Positions 35,839 through 50,600 are shown, counted from the whole stretch's first letter. The stretch: DNA of 51,129 bases, filler included, from Sphacelaria rigidula (GCA_964200075.2; 3 parts of 3 records of this genome joined end to end with filler, not necessarily neighbours in it); one strand, 5' to 3'. The notes: generated from the sequence alone by a model not told the origin. Numbers and translations are program-made.

Positions 35839-37368
35839 CTGAACAGGGGGAAGGGGTGGGAGTAGCGGGGTGTTACGAGCAGTTTGCTCCGTTACATGAG
35901 ACGGTGAGCACCAGTAATACCTTACCCACAAGGCGCCGCCTTCGGCGCAGCAGCTTGCGAGGGTTCTTATGCATCCCTCGTACTACCTTGCTCTGTGTAG
36001 AGTGCGGGCATACGTTATACAGGTTGGTCCATCTATCTGACCAATATGTGACCCGAAGACGTGTCTGCAAGTACCACGAACATCAGCAAAAAGGAGGTTT
36101 CAAGGTTTCATGTGACCGTACAGTATAGCTCACCTTGAGGGCGCAGGGTGCTCTGATTGAGCATCCTGGTACTTACACCTCTGTACACCAACTACGCACT
36201 GATGGCGGCATCTGTTGGTGATGCCTTGACACGAAAATCAAGATGCCCGATTAATTTGCCCGCTTGCGCCGAAAATCGATGTTCATGTGATTTTGATCCT
36301 GATCGACTTGACGCACTTCAACCGAGTCCTCAGGGGTCCAGCCGTGGTCGCACGATGGACGTACCCAAGAAGAGCAAAACATCAACACTAGCTGAAGAAA
36401 AAAAGGAACAGAGCTGACCTCAAGTCGAGAACAGCTAAACCTGATTAGATTTCCACCTCGTCGCGGTTAGAAACGCACAAACACAGCAAATAGCGGGGAA
36501 TATCTACAGGAATATCAAGGATCCGGACGCCTCAACAGGCTGGTTCATGCGAAAGACCAAAAATTCTGTCATCAGCAAATGCCTTCTGCAATGCGCATCC
36601 AATAATGGCATACGTGGTACCATACTGACCGCAATTAACAGAAGAAGAGGCTGACATCGCCGGATTTTTGTTCAAGACTATAGCGATGGCGATATTGACA
36701 AACATGTGTCTCGATCTATCGGCGCCGTTCAAACTGTTACGAAACTGAAAACACGAATTCCAAGTCCAATTTCCACCGAATCTCCACGTGTTTGAAATTG
36801 TAGTGACCATCATCACCTCAGGAATCTAACGGGAGGATCAGATTCAAAAACGGTTCCAACGGGGTCTAACTATACCCGAAACCGCACTGTTTCGGTGATG
36901 CGGAGTTTCGGCGTCGTCTAATTTCCACCCATGATACGCAGGAAAGACTCAGGGAGCCTCGTGACGATTCCCCGTATATATCTTGTAGAAAAGCTCAGAT
37001 CATCCTCGAACATGGTAGTTACGTAAAAATTGATGCTCCAAATGGGAAAAATGTGTTTTTAGAAGGAGTTCAGTGTTTCATCGTTCTCTACCGGCTTTCC
37101 GGGGGTCCCAGTACAGAGACCCCGGAAGGCGGTACAGAATGACTCATGATAGAAAAATATTTCATAATGCATCCCGGGATAGTCCAAGGAACACATGTGC
37201 AGAGTTTGGTGGAGAAACTTGCAAATCTCATACAATTTCCCCTGCCTTAACGTAAAATTCACCCAAGAAGATGTTTTCACACTAAACTCAAGCAGTCAGA
37301 AGTTTGCACGTCTCAAGCTCAAATCCTCGCACAAAAGTGCATATATTCACGCAGTTATTAGGAGTTAA

Positions 37369-37836
37369 GGCACACAGATTTTTGGCGCACGGATTATTTA
37401 CTTTTATGGCGTTTGAGCCACTTTTTGAACCCCAAACAGGGAACACATCGCCGACACCTGTCTTGGACACTATGCATCACCGTGCAGAGAGGAGCGTAGC
37501 CCACTTTTCAGATTCAAACTTCAACATTTCGAGAGCGGCCGCTGAACAAAGATCCGTGTGCAACAAAATCTACGGCGATCTCCAGAGAATATGGGGCAAA
37601 CTGGCGGGGGTCGGCAAGCACGGATTTTCGCACACAAATTCTTGTTCAGTGGCCAATCTTGAAATCTCGGAGCCAATCGAATCTGAAAAGTGGGCAAGGC
37701 TCCTCTCTGTGGGGTGATGAAAAGTGTCCAAGACGTGCGTTGGCGATTTTCCCTGTTTGGGGGTCAAAAAGGGGGCCAAATGTCCTTACGGTGAACAATC
37801 CGTGGGCCAAAAATCTGTTCGCCATAACATCCGGCC
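37369..37836. mobile_element. Second copy of the 801-1281 foldback MITE (left end clipped)
   Basis: gcacacagatttttggc...gggccaaaaatctgttcgccataacatccggcc-tta. Confidence 0.8.
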
Positions 37837-38463
37837 TTAGACCCTGAAAATATACACAAATGTGCTATGAATCATTACGTAAGTTTCGATCAACGACGTT
37901 TTGCTACTTCTTGAATTTTTCACCGTTTTTCGGGGGTCCGACGGGATCCAAGTCGTTTTTTCGAAGTTGTCCATTCTGCGACGCCGGAAAATCGGCACTA
38001 CAATTTTTTTCCCCATTTCTTTTGCAAACGCCGTGTCGCCGCAAAACCCAAGGAAGAACCCCACAGAGTTTCGTGGCCAACCTCGATAAACTGACGCTTG
38101 GATTTTCATGTTCACGTCAAAGAAGACCCCAAAAAACGCTTCTTTCATACTAAAAGCTGGTAAATAGTTGGCGGTTTCACCGTGGCACGGCAAGGTTCAT
38201 TGCACGAACGCGAAAAACTTCACGCCGTTTCAAGGAGTTAGACCCTGAAATTTTGCACAGGTGTTCTGTGGGTAATTACGCAACTTCGGATGAACGAGGT
38301 TCCCTATTTTTACCGTTTCATGAGGATCCGACTGGATCGAGGTTTTCCCGAAAAAACTAGGACCCCCGGAGAACGGTGAAAAAAGTCGAAGAGTAGAAAA
38401 ATCTCGACCTTGGGAAGCTGCGTTATGACCCATGGAACATTTCTGTGGAATTCCAGGGTCCAA
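37837..38463. mobile_element. Two adjacent related TIR elements starting ttagaccctgaaa (37837, 38238)
   Basis: The second copy ends cagggtccaa (inverted terminus); shared internal attacg.aa.ttcg..aacga. Confidence 0.55.
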
Positions 38464-40267
38464 CTCCTTACAACGGCGTGAAGTTTTGCCGATGAGTGAT
38501 TTCTGGGTCTTTTCCGTGAACCAGCCTTAAGGTATTTACATCTGTAAATCTTGGATTTCCCCCCGAGGGTCGGACAATAATGATCCGTCCGCAAATTACT
38601 GGCATGCAGTGTAGTTCATTCGTGCCGGGGGAATCGATCCTCGAGCTGGCTCTGTTTTGAGCGTTCCATCATCCCAGGCACGCACCCCAGGCACGTGAAA
38701 TAGCGCAAAATCTTGCGTCAAGACTTCTTTTGATCCATGGTCAACTCTTTTCTCTCTCAAGCGATCAGGCCTCAGAAATCGTAAATTTGGCGACTCAAAT
38801 CAGCGATGGTTTGTCCGACCGACCCTTGGATTTTCTGTACTCTGAACAGTATATGGTCAATGGATTCGATGGACCAGAAACATACCGCATCAAGTATAGG
38901 TATATATTGCAACCATTATCGATTTGTCGATTGATAATAGTTGCAATATGCCTGACCTTCACTTAGTACAGTTGGTCTATTGCATCTGTTGACCATATTT
39001 TGTCCACGGTGTGAATATTTTACTCGATTTCGAGAGGAGAGACATGGGATTTTGAGGAGGGGAGCGCGTCGACCTTCCGAGGGAAAAGGCATCATTATAA
39101 ATATATTGGTCAGCATTACTCATCAATTGAGGCCCGCTTCATTCTAGAGTTCAATCTTCGATGGCCCGACGCCCCACGCATCGAACCATATCTATCAAGA
39201 TCATTCATCAGATGAAACCTCTTCCACGACGGCTTTCCAACTCAGACAGATGTACTCGTGGACTTTAGAGGTAAGGGATCACAAACATACAAAGCCTTAT
39301 CCCGAAGCAAGTGGAGGATAAGTGGAAAGCAGGGTTAGAACAGTCGCGCAGTCTCCGCCTGCGCTTGCGCAGGTGGGAGGAGCCGAGAGCGACATGCGGC
39401 CCCGCGGAGCCGAAAAAACTAGGGTCCAGCGAAAATGAAGAAAGCATCCTTCCAAAAAGTATTCTCGTCTCTGGCGAAAAAAGTGCGGCCCATTTTTTTT
39501 TGCGGCAATCCGCAGATTGAAACTCCCACTATCTGCGCTTCGGCCAAGTTTACGCCGAAATCTGAGGTGCCGCACCTCTGCAGGCGACTTTTCTAACCCT
39601 GGTGCGGAGGGGGAGCTGAGGTTTGTGGATCAGGGAGAATCGTTACAAAAAAAAAATGCTGGTCCAGCAAACGGATTACAGTAAAGTGCGAATCGGATTC
39701 GGCACAATCGGATACACATGGTTAATGCAGCGACCGGAAGAGAGACGGCTGACAAAAAGTTTAGATAGACGGCAGTGAAGTACGAGATTAATCGGATATC
39801 TCGTCAAGCAGCACGAGAGGCATCTTGTAGAATATTCCACCAACAATAAAGCTATTACATATAATCGGATTATCGGCGAGAAGCGGGAGAACCCTGTGAA
39901 CAAGGAACATTCCTGGAAACATGCGTAGGGACAGTATCTCCCGCATCCATATAGCGGCGTGTTTCAAGAAGATCCACCCTGGCACCCACAGATGTTACCC
40001 AGCCCCAGGAAGTATGCCGAGACTCTTGCCATATCAAAAGCCACCTACCCTTGTACCCTCATCAACGCGTGTCACAGAGACCATCGCGAAGATCAAATCA
40101 GTTGGCACAGCTTGCTAGACACGAACCACTGGGCAACGAGCGACCAGCGCATACCTGCCTGAAGTATACGAGATACATGCAGTCAGTATATGCGCCGATC
40201 TTGCTTCTTTTAACGCCAGCGTATGGACGCTAGAGCGATGTGAAGGGGTTGGTAAGTCACCCTTCAC

Positions 40268-42872
40268 CTCGTTCCGACTGCGGAGAGTCCGACTATCTCC
40301 ACTACAGAATGATTCGTGAGTGAAATGCAAATAGTCAGCCTTCGCTGGGCTGCGTTGTAGCTCAAAGTCGACTGTTTCGCCGTCAAGGTGAAACACAGAA
40401 ATAACATATGCACCGGCCACTACTCGTATGATCCTCGTACACAGACCGCGACCGGACCGCGTGCCAAACAACAGCAGTATCGTACAAAACGCAGCAGTAC
40501 GATCAAGGCAGCCGGTAAAGGAGTCTGCTACTTCACTTACTCCAATGCCATGTACAGATAGTTGCGGCAACTTATATCATCACCCCGTATCATGATGTTT
40601 AACGGGATGCACACCACAGCCTTCCTGACTATCGATTAGCACGACTCGCAAAACAAAGCGTGCTGTGCTAGATCGGGTTTGTGGAGTCGGGCAAGGCGCT
40701 GGGTCAGATACAGTGTTGCATTACGATATAGCCACCGTTTCTGGTGTCACGTGATCACAGTTTACCGTGGTGAGCAGGCAGTACCTCGTTAGTGTGGCGT
40801 AACATCGGAGAAACAAGAATGGCTCGTGGTTGCTACAAGCGTCAAACTCCTGACAAAAAAAACATCACGTCAACAGGGTGCACATGCTGAGTAACGCAAG
40901 GATTGTTAGAGGCTGCGAGAGGCATCAATGAACATGATATATGGACAACACACTCCCCTGTACTGTACTGTACCGTATTGTCATTGTCTTAGGTGGCGAC
41001 ATCGCTACGAGACACGTGCATGATGATGCGCTAGGATGGTTGGCCTTATGTCATCACTACGACACTGATTACAGTATAAAACATCTTTGATTGGGTAAGC
41101 CGCGCATGCATGCACTTGCACGGAATTCAGGGGGTGCGGCGCATGGTAGGAGAATGGAATGTGTGATGCACCTCTATCCACCGAGAAGAGTGCAGATCAA
41201 ACACAAGCCGACGGGGTACCACAAATACCGCAAGCTCCGTCGATCAACAGCAGCGGTCACCTACATACGGTGGAACTTCCACCTCTCTAGCGGTCAACTG
41301 TATTGTGCGTTCTCTAGTGTAAACCAATGCGTGCTGTCCTGTTCATCTGTGAGGGAAAGACAGCTGTCTCTCCAAACTTGAATGTTCGGCAATCGTCGTG
41401 GATCAACCACCAGGTTCCGCCGCTTTTGCAAACAACAGGACATACCAATACTCAACAACAACAGCGACATGTGGGAAGACCGAATGCTTGCAAGAAATTC
41501 TTCACTGAAATTTATACAGAATCTTCTCCCGACTCCCTCGCCCTTACTCCCACTCCTGTCCAACACCCTAAGGCGCCGTAGTGGCACCGTTCCTATAGTG
41601 AAGTGAAACTAATGTACCGTGCTGACCTGAGGCGATGCGCTATAACGGCCTGTCTCCCTCGACCTGCCATGCGCACAGCACGGCGACGGGCCTCGAAGCA
41701 AAATCGATTTTTCCGAATACCAATCGTATACCCCCGATTGAAGCAGGAATCTCCAAAGCTGCCGAAACACGTATCTTGGGTTGTGATTGCTGTGCAGCTA
41801 CACTTCTACTCCAAGTACTGCCGACATGGCGTCACACCGTGATATTTTTCCCCATAACACATTCTCTGACCCGATGTCAGGCCATGGGTGCACAGACGGT
41901 GCACACGTGGCATATTGGATGTTGCGCTCTCCGACTTGTCCAAAAAAGCCAAAACATCGACAATGAAAAATCCCAACTCATCCAACCCAACAATAAGTTA
42001 TATATATATTCGAATGCAATAAGAGTGTTTTTATACTCTGTACGACTACCTGAGGAAGGTGACGAAAAAAAGGAGGATGAACGTGATGAAAAAAAAGGGA
42101 CGTGACGGGATGGCCCATCCGATCTCGTCCCGACGAAGGTGAAGAGCCACAGTCCCGTCTTTATTTCCCCGATCCGGTCAATTTTTTGGGGGGGGCAACA
42201 GGTAACGAGCAAAAGCACCCATCATATTCCATCATTCCTTCAAGCAACGCCGTAAAACTAACTGTCCCATTCCCATGCATTTTTGCGCGGGGGTCGCACT
42301 TCCCGTCCCATCCCGTCGTTATTGCAGACAGCAGGCCGGCAAACGGCACACGGCTTTTTTGATCATCATCCATCGCGTCCCGTCATTCCGTGATGCAAAC
42401 AGTAGATATGATGACATATAAAAGCTTTCCTTTTTCTATTCACGGAAATTAACTGTGCCTTTGATACTGAAGCTGGGATTTCTGTTGACACTTTCAGGAG
42501 AAACATCAGGGCTAAAGTTTTTGGTTGAGTGCTTTCACTGGGATCTGGGAGATAATCAAAAAATGAACAATCCAAAACATGAGAGCAATGACGGGGGATA
42601 TGGATTGAGCACGTGGAGGGATCTGCGCTGATATCATCAACGGGTCGTGACACATATATTTCTTGCAAATGTGACGGTGTAACAACAACAACCATCACTT
42701 CAAAACAGTCATCGGTTGCACTTGTCAGGTCACGTAAAAGTTACCAACACTCGAGCATACGCCCACTCCGACGCGCCAGAGGCCCAGGTAAAGTAGAGGG
42801 ATTCATACAGATTGCATGGGATTGTGCGAGTGCCTGTTTTGCTTTTGTTTCCTTGTCGCATGCAGTAGCAAC
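40268..42872 (-). CDS. Weak candidate exons (42872-42745, 41592-41446, 40371-40268) of an unresolved minus-strand gene
   Basis: Each has an AG acceptor, a GT donor and an open frame. 41592-41446 and 40371-40268 are phase-compatible. No recognisable motif. Confidence 0.25.
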
Positions 42873-44929
42873 CTGAGGGAACATTAGGGTGGGTTGTCGA
42901 TGAAGTTTTGTTCTTCACCAACACGCTGTAGTGTTGATGGATAACAGTCTGCAGTTGAACACGACATGAGGCTATACCTGGAGAGCGCCCAACCTGCGCA
43001 CTCCTCGTGTATCAAGAACACTCTACCTATTCGAAGTAGTTAGTACTCGGTCGTGTGTTTGATTATCGTGCTTTAATGCAAAAGAGGGTTCTCCTTTCTC
43101 CAGCTGGGGACAGGGCGGATGGTTGAAACTGGCTGTACGTTGCACATGCACGTGCGCATTTCTCCTTCCTGGGAGAAAGCAGCGTACGGTCAAAACAACA
43201 CAGCACTCGGTACAACAGTGAAATCAAGAGTGAGCATGTATGAACGCACCCCCTCATCCTGAAGGAACAGTCTTTACTTGTAATACGAGTGCTTCCGCGC
43301 TTCCAGCTCCACCGGCTGATATCTTGGGCGGTAGTCGAGGAACTGCCGAGCACGGCGTGGACACATTCCTCGTATCTCATTCGCCTGGAACGGCTTTGCA
43401 GGTAGATGCGCGCTAGTTCGTGTGCAGACACAACGACGTCTGCATCAATCATGCTTGCGGAATACACCCACCAAAGTTCCTTGTCGACCAGACGTGCGAA
43501 TGCTCATGATTTTGACGAACGGCAGACCAGCTTGCACATATGAATACAAACAGCCCTCCACTCCGCTGCTACTGTACTCGTCGCACACCACACGAAGATC
43601 AGCCCCGCATACAGCACCAAGCTCTACCGCCCCCTACCCTCGCCTAGCAGGAAGAACACAGGTTCTGCTGACACACCGATCGACAGCGCACCGCTTTACC
43701 TGGTACCGCACATATATCTCCGACAACACCATGTCCAATACCTCAAACGGGAATGGATTCTCGACAGCATCTAGAAGTGGGCAAGGCGGAGACGGGCGGG
43801 CTGTGAGGAATGGAAAGGCGACGTCAACGGGGACTGCGTCGGGTGCTAGTGGTCATGAGAAGGTAGGCATTGCGAAACTCCCCATTATGAGCTTGCTTTC
43901 GTGTTCCGTTGTCATGTTTCATGTTTCATGTTTTTTCGTCTCCTTCCTTCTCTTTTGTACATGTACTGCTACTGGCTGTACTTTCGATTCGAGTCACTTG
44001 CTCATAGTATAGCATGCGGCTGCTGCACCGGAGCAACTTTGTTCTCCCTTTTAACTACTGCACGTAGTTTCTCGTGCAGTCATCTTTTCATGTTCATGCC
44101 CTCGAGAAAGAGCTTTGGCGAGAATCAGCGCCAAAACCGACTTGTTTGAGCCCCCGTGAAGGTGCACCTTCATGTCTGCTTTGTCTGTTGGCTGCCGTTC
44201 CATCACTTCAGTTGTAGCGCTTCCACGTTGCCAACTTGATCTGCCGAATATCACTTCTCGTACTTGAACTTTCCACAGGACGACACCACAGTCCGTTGCC
44301 CAATCCGATCGCTGATGGTATTCTTGCCTACTTTGTTCGTATGGTACATGTTTTTATCATTCATTGCTGAGCTATGAACCATAAATCCCAGCACGCTCTA
44401 ATCCTTCTACATATCCGCTACGAGTAGCCTTTGACCGACTAGGGTAGTGATCATTTGTGGAATTGGGAATTGACATTATTTTGACTAGAGAAAACGACCA
44501 AGATCCAGACGACCCGCCGGGATCATCCGAAGAGATGATGAACTTCACCGCGCGCCACTATTGTTTTTGTATCCTCTGTGCACTGACAGTTGATTCCCTG
44601 GAAACAGATATCCTCTTTGACTGAGGTTACAGTCGTGGTTGGAGGGGCTGCTGTAGTGATCAGGACCCGAAGCATATGTTCCCATGATTTGCAGCCATTA
44701 ATCTATGCACCTTTCCCGTTGAGTAAGTCATACAGCATGGCCGAGCGTAAGCGGCCTCTGCTCTCGCTACACATCAGAGAAAAGAGCCAGAACGGGAAGG
44801 GCAGCACAAGCAGAAGCAGTTTCCACCTTGTCATGTATCCCTTTGACGGCGAGAGGAGGTCATACCGGAAATTTACTGTAAAAACTGACGTCAGCATGTG
44901 GCTTCCGCTCGCGGTCAAAAGGGTCGAAG

Positions 44930-45135
44930 ATACTCAGGCCGTGTCTTATCAAATTGTTTTGGTGTCGAAAACGTGCGGTCGGATCGAATTCGCTCGTTTC
45001 TGATTCGCGCACGCTCTCTTTATTTTCTCAGATGGTTGAGAACATGGATGCCGTGGACGTATCAGGTAAGAGCAAATTCGATTCCACCGTACGTTTTCGA
45101 GTCGAGAGCAATTGGATAAGACACGGCCTCAGCAT
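44930..45135. repeat. Hairpin/MITE-like element; related partial copy at about 46225-46320
   Basis: aggccgtgtcttatc.aattg / caattggataagacacggcct arms; shared ttattttctcagatggttgagaacatg. Confidence 0.65.
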
Positions 45136-45173
45136 GAAGAAGAAAAACTCGATAATGTATCCTCAAAACTCCC

Positions 45174-45640
45174 GCCGATCGCTCGGTTGTCGACCTTGAA
45201 ACCCTCTGACAAGTGGGACGTGGGTTCAAATTTCGGTGAAGTCACACGATCTGGGTTTTTCCCCACATGATGCGCAAAAGTTTAGAGCGGCTATGTCGTG
45301 GGTGTACAAATTTTGAGGTCGCCGTCGACAAGGGAAAGGGATCGCCCTAACCCTTTGGCCGCGAGGTTAGGTCACCTGCTGAATCGGCATCGATTTTAAC
45401 TTGAAAAAATTATGCATGATCCTGATGAACTGCCCACACCGCGGTCTAAGGGTCTAAGTGCAAGGCAAGCACCGCAGGGGAAGGCGAAGAACCGTTATAA
45501 AACAAAAAAATAAATACCGACATAACTCTTGGGTTGACCCTCATCCTGTGCGACCCTGGCTTATTCTCCCACACTCCTACACCGATAGGCTTAGAGTGGC
45601 GTCTAGAGTAGATGAAATGATGACGGATACACACACGCAC
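45174..45640 (+). mobile_element. Degenerate SINE copy interrupted by a TTAA-type MITE (45351-45452)
   Basis: B-box-like gggttcaaat, gtcgacaagggaaaggga, and 3' ggcgtctagagtagatg are shared with the other copies. Confidence 0.65.
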
Positions 45641-46769
45641 TCAGAGGAAAAGAGACACCTGGGTTGCAAGAAGCGCTTCCTTCAGCGCAGCATGAAATGC
45701 TCCTGACAACAAGAAGTTTCGTTGAATCTTACAACTTTTGGACGGAGATTTCTCCAACAGAACCCAGACTCCGGAAGCCCACCAGGGTGAAACTAGAAAA
45801 GCCTAACACTCTTATGCAGGTATAGATTATGTTTTGGTTGTATTGCTCCTAGTGCTCTTCTTTGTCCCGCTGCGGCATGCTCGTTTCCCTCTCTCCATCC
45901 AGATTTACGTTCAAACTAAACGCCATAGCGATGGATATCAGCCAGTCCTTTACAGAGGCGTTGTTGATCGTGTTCAGTAGGGACTACTGTGCGCTTATGG
46001 GTGCCTGGGTTCTGTGGGAGCGATCTCCGAACGCCGTTGTGGAAATGAACGAAGCGTTCTGTCGTCCATGGCGTCCTTTTTGGGGTGCAGTATTGATCAC
46101 GTCTCACGGTACAGACAGAACATGAGCCCTTCTCGGCGGATATTTTGGGGTTGAATCAATCCAGTCGTCGGCACCGAGAAAGATCCAGGTGGGGCCATTG
46201 CGCAATCGCGTCGTCGATCGTCGGTCTCGGGTCGAGAGCGTGCGGTGGAACCGAATTCGCTCGTGTCTTGTCGTCCGCGTCGTTTATTTTCTCAGATGGT
46301 TGAGAACATGATGACAGCGGATTGTTCAGAATGGGGTTCAGCCCAAAAGCAGTGCTTTCCCTGAACATAAGTCACGACAAGTGACCTTCATATGGATGAC
46401 TTCATCCCTCCCGACGTCGTTAAAACTAAAACTCTTTCGGGAGGCTTGTAGTCTTCCGCTCCCCCGAAGGGTACGTGAGAAAGCATATTTTTGTGTCGAT
46501 TTCGGGGTGAAAAAAAATATGTTTTTTGGCCCAAAAATCGTGCTTTTGTGCATAACTCTTTGGGGGAATAGAAGGCTGGAAAGTCTCCCGAAACAATTTC
46601 AGGGAGCTCGGGAGGGATGAGCTCGACGATATGAAAGTCATTCGTCATGACTCTAGGTCAGGAAAGCACTGCTCCTGAGTTGAACCTAATTTTGTTGTTC
46701 AACCCTATTTTTGACAATCCGCCGTTTGATACTATCGGTTGCGCCGGTATCGACGGAGTCGCCCGTCAG

Positions 46770-47215
46770 ACCATCTTGCATGGCAACCTATCAGTATTCG
46801 TACAAATATGAGGATATCAGCCCGTCCGCAGCCGATTTTTTTCCGTGGAGTAATTTTTCGGACCCCAGTCCATTGGGCAATGTTTTCGCCTAGCTCTGAG
46901 GAAAGTAGACCAAATCTCCGATTCTCTGGACGCTGACTTTTAGTCTGTCACCTTTCTGCTCAGATCGGGAGACTCCCGCATCTACCCCGAATCTGGGCTT
47001 TCCCGTGGATTGATTTTTGGACCCCAGTGTGTTGAGCAATGTTTTTCGCCTAGAATCTGAGAATCGGTCTGGTTTCCTCAAAGCTAGGCGGAAAACATCG
47101 CCCCACGGACTGGGGTCCGAAAAATCAATCCACGGGAAGAAATCGGATGAAGACGGGCTGAAATCCTCATATTTACATTTACACGAATACAGATTGGTTG
47201 TCATACAAGACGATC
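46770..47215. repeat. Nested inverted repeats (foldback element)
   Basis: 46770-46925 is the reverse complement of about 47055-47215; 47000-47139 is itself a hairpin (ttcccgtggattgattttt..aaaaatcaatccacgggaa). Confidence 0.8.
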
Positions 47216-47646
47216 TTCTCCATGGAATTGTTGAGACATGTGTACACGGCGGGTACAACAACAATGGCATGTCCACCAAGACATGCGCAGCAAGCCCGAC
47301 GACCGTGTTTATGACGAGAGAGGGAGATACGAAGTTCTGTGTGCCCATCGTTCGATGTGCCGAAACGCTTCCGAAATGGTTCCTTGTTGTAAATGAGGAA
47401 ATGAGCGCGTACCACGACTCGAAGTGTTTTTTCATGCGTCCGTCATGCAAAAAGTCGTATCGACATCACATCTATGTCGGGTGATTGCTGCTCAAGCCGC
47501 ACTTCGGGCGCCCGACGATTCTCCCCGATGAAGGTCGTTGAATGGGGATCCATGTAGGGACGATAATAATCTACTGTTGCGACTGGTGTCCCGCTAGGAG
47601 AGCAGGTACGATACTGTCCAGGAGCCATACTCCAAAACCGCCAAGT

Positions 47647-47648
<2 letters not shown>

Positions 47649-47688
<40 letters not shown>
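47649..47688. repeat. (AC)n microsatellite
   Basis: Directly visible. Confidence 0.95.
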
Positions 47689-50600
47689 CTTTTCCCGTGG
47701 TTGTACTATTTTTAACTTATTTTCACGAACTGTAAACCGCGGAGGTGCGGGAAAAAGGAGATTCAGTCGCACCCCCGATGGACTATGTATCAAAACGTAG
47801 CGACGAAACTATTGCACGCCCCGGAAAATAGATTACATTGCCGAAAAGTTTATTGCGTATAGTATCGACTAATGCGTATATTCCCATAGACAACATGTTC
47901 CATACTGTACGCAGACACTTTTTGACAGTGGAATATATTTTCCAGGGTGTGAACCACTGTGTGGGCTATTTCCGTCAAGCTTCGCGTAAGATACTGAAAT
48001 TGATCATGTTCAATGTATTCTCGGAAATCCCCGTCCGAGAGGGGCAGTAGTGGCCCCGAACATACACGATACACAGAACTCCGGAAGAACAAGGGTCAAG
48101 TGAACAACACATCAACCTCCTCTGCGCCGGGCCTCGTTTCGGTACAAAATTTGGGGTGGTGGTCCCGCGGGATGTGTGCGATCATGCGTTGTAGTGAAGG
48201 AAATTTGAACGAGTGATGCAGTGCAGGTTGTACTGCCTGCATCGTAGGGCATCGTAGGATGTAGATGACACTTGTAGTAAAGCGGTCTGCGGACAGCAGA
48301 TCTGACACCGCGGTGCATGCGGCGGTGCAAAGGAGGTCATGGATGATGGTGACCCCACAACCGCCGGCCAGAGGCCGTCGCTCGCCTGTGTTTAACGTGG
48401 CGATGTCTTGTACGGCGAAGCGTGGACGGTGAAGTACTGTTGGTCGCGGTAGCCTACAAGATGCTCAGCAATGTAAATGCACGCAATTGGCCAGCAGCTG
48501 GTCAGGAGTTCTCCTTCAAATCTGCATGAATGATCAGCACCACCCGTGTTCGTGGCGAGAGGCGTGCTGGCTCACTTGGAGAACGACGGTTTCAAACCGA
48601 GATTGGCCGCTGACGATTTCAGGCAATCCGTGGGGAATCGGACGGCATTTTTATAAACTCAGCTCGTCGACTGCCCTCGTGCCCATCTGTCGATTTGCCT
48701 TTATGCCCATTTCAAGGGTGGCTGTTGGACTCAGATGCCCCTCTGCAAGCGCTCGAAGGATTTTAACGTCGTGTCGCCGACCCACTCACCCTTGAAACCG
48801 CCTCTTATCGCCTGCAGTCAATTTACCTTGAGAACAACTGCGTCGTTTTGTTTTGTTTCTGACGGACACAACACCCCCCTTGACGTTGATAGGTGGGTGT
48901 TGAGCTTTCGCATGGAATTCGTGCAGGAGAAACCCTTAACTGACCTCGAGCAACATGGCAGATACGGACATGAGGACGATAATCAGCCCCTTTTGCTGGC
49001 TAGTGCACTTTTCTCTTCTTGACACTTTCTACGATAGCACCCCCCCAAAAAAATTAAAGTGGCTGCTTTTGGGGAGGCGAAATCAACACCTGAAGTGAAA
49101 TGAAAAAAGCCGAGCACGATGAGCAGCTGGACATTCCTACGCTTGAGTTCGTTTTCGCCAATGTCGCCCATATGACGCTTCACGGAGCCTGATACCAAAC
49201 ATGAGGCGCTGGAATAAACGTAATGAGCTATGGAAGAGACGTGGTGAGCGCCTGATTGTTGGAGATGTCTCTATTAGGAGTAGGAACGGTGCTCCGTCTC
49301 TAAAGGGATGCGTGATCAATGGTCGAACGACTAGGGCAAGCAACAAATGAGTACCCCCCCGCATGACAGCTGGTTTCAGACTGCATGAAGCCCCTCATGT
49401 GGTCGACAATGACAAGAACGTTCCCAAGCGAGGGAGCTCCCAGCTGCTCCGTTGCCCGGCTCTTGTCATTTTGGTTTACAGGTAGATTTTGCCTCCTCAA
49501 ACCAACCACTCTTTTGGAGGAGGAGGGGGGGGGGAGGGGCTAATGCAGCATCGATCTGAAGTGTGGTAGGATGTGTAAGGGTTCAGTATGTCTCAGACTG
49601 GTTCAGCTGAGAGCAAAATGACGAGAGCGGTCCGAGAACCAAGTAGCGAGTTCGGTTCGGAACAGACGAAATGACTCCATGATAAGCTAGTAAACGTTAC
49701 ATGACATGGAGGTTCAGAGGAGACCGGAGAGAGCCGGTGATGCCAGTTCAGATTAAATCAGACCATTCGGTGACTACCGGCATGTGGCACCCTGACGCGT
49801 GTTAGACTCATTCATCCCCTGGATAACAAAAGTACACAAAACACTCGCGGTCGCGCTGGCGGAACTATTTTGCCTCGAGCACGCACAACCCCGTTGACGC
49901 GGTAGATCTGTCCACTGAAGATCCACTGAAAATGGCGTATTGTAGTAGCATTGAACAGACGGAACCACGTGGCGCGCGTTTTACGATGTATGGAGGCGTC
50001 AACATACACACGTCAGATGAGGTATCGAAGTACTCCACATTTTTCTTGTGATTTTTGAGTGCCCAGAACCCGAAGTTTTCTGTCGGAGAGAGGGGCGTCG
50101 GGGGCGGGGGAGGGGGGGGGCGGCTCAAGTGTTGCTTGCCTTCTTCGTTTGACCCTTGGTCACGCATTCCTTTCGAGATGGAGCACTACGGGAGAGGCGC
50201 AAGAATGTTAGCTCACGCAGCCTCTCGTGTCGTGGCTCTTCACATCACATCCTGGACAAAATATTTCACTGTCAACAAGTGTACTGCGTACAGTATAGAA
50301 TCAGTAGTCTGTTTTAGTAGACGCAATATTCGATACACTGTACGCAGTTCAGCTTTTTGACAGTGTAATATTTTGTCAATTGTCCAGAGTGTGCTCCATT
50401 GCACGCAGTCTACGCTGTTTTTTTCGTGTACACTGTCGTACAACAGTGGCTAGCTATGTTGACGTCGTAATGAGGCCCAGGCTGGCCTCCACCGCGCGAA
50501 AAGCTAAACGCGTCATGCTGTTTTTCTTGTATCCGCGGGTAGACCATTAATCCTTACAGTTTCAGTCGAAAATCGGCTCGAGAGCAAGATGCTCGTAAGA

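Noticed and set aside
35344..35865. Plus-strand 173-aa ORF
   Set aside because: Best explained as the antisense shadow of the longer minus-strand exon, which has a proper acceptor.
46890..47484. Overlapping 186-aa and 155-aa ORFs as viral or host genes
   Set aside because: About half their length is foldback repeat, and there is no recognisable motif.
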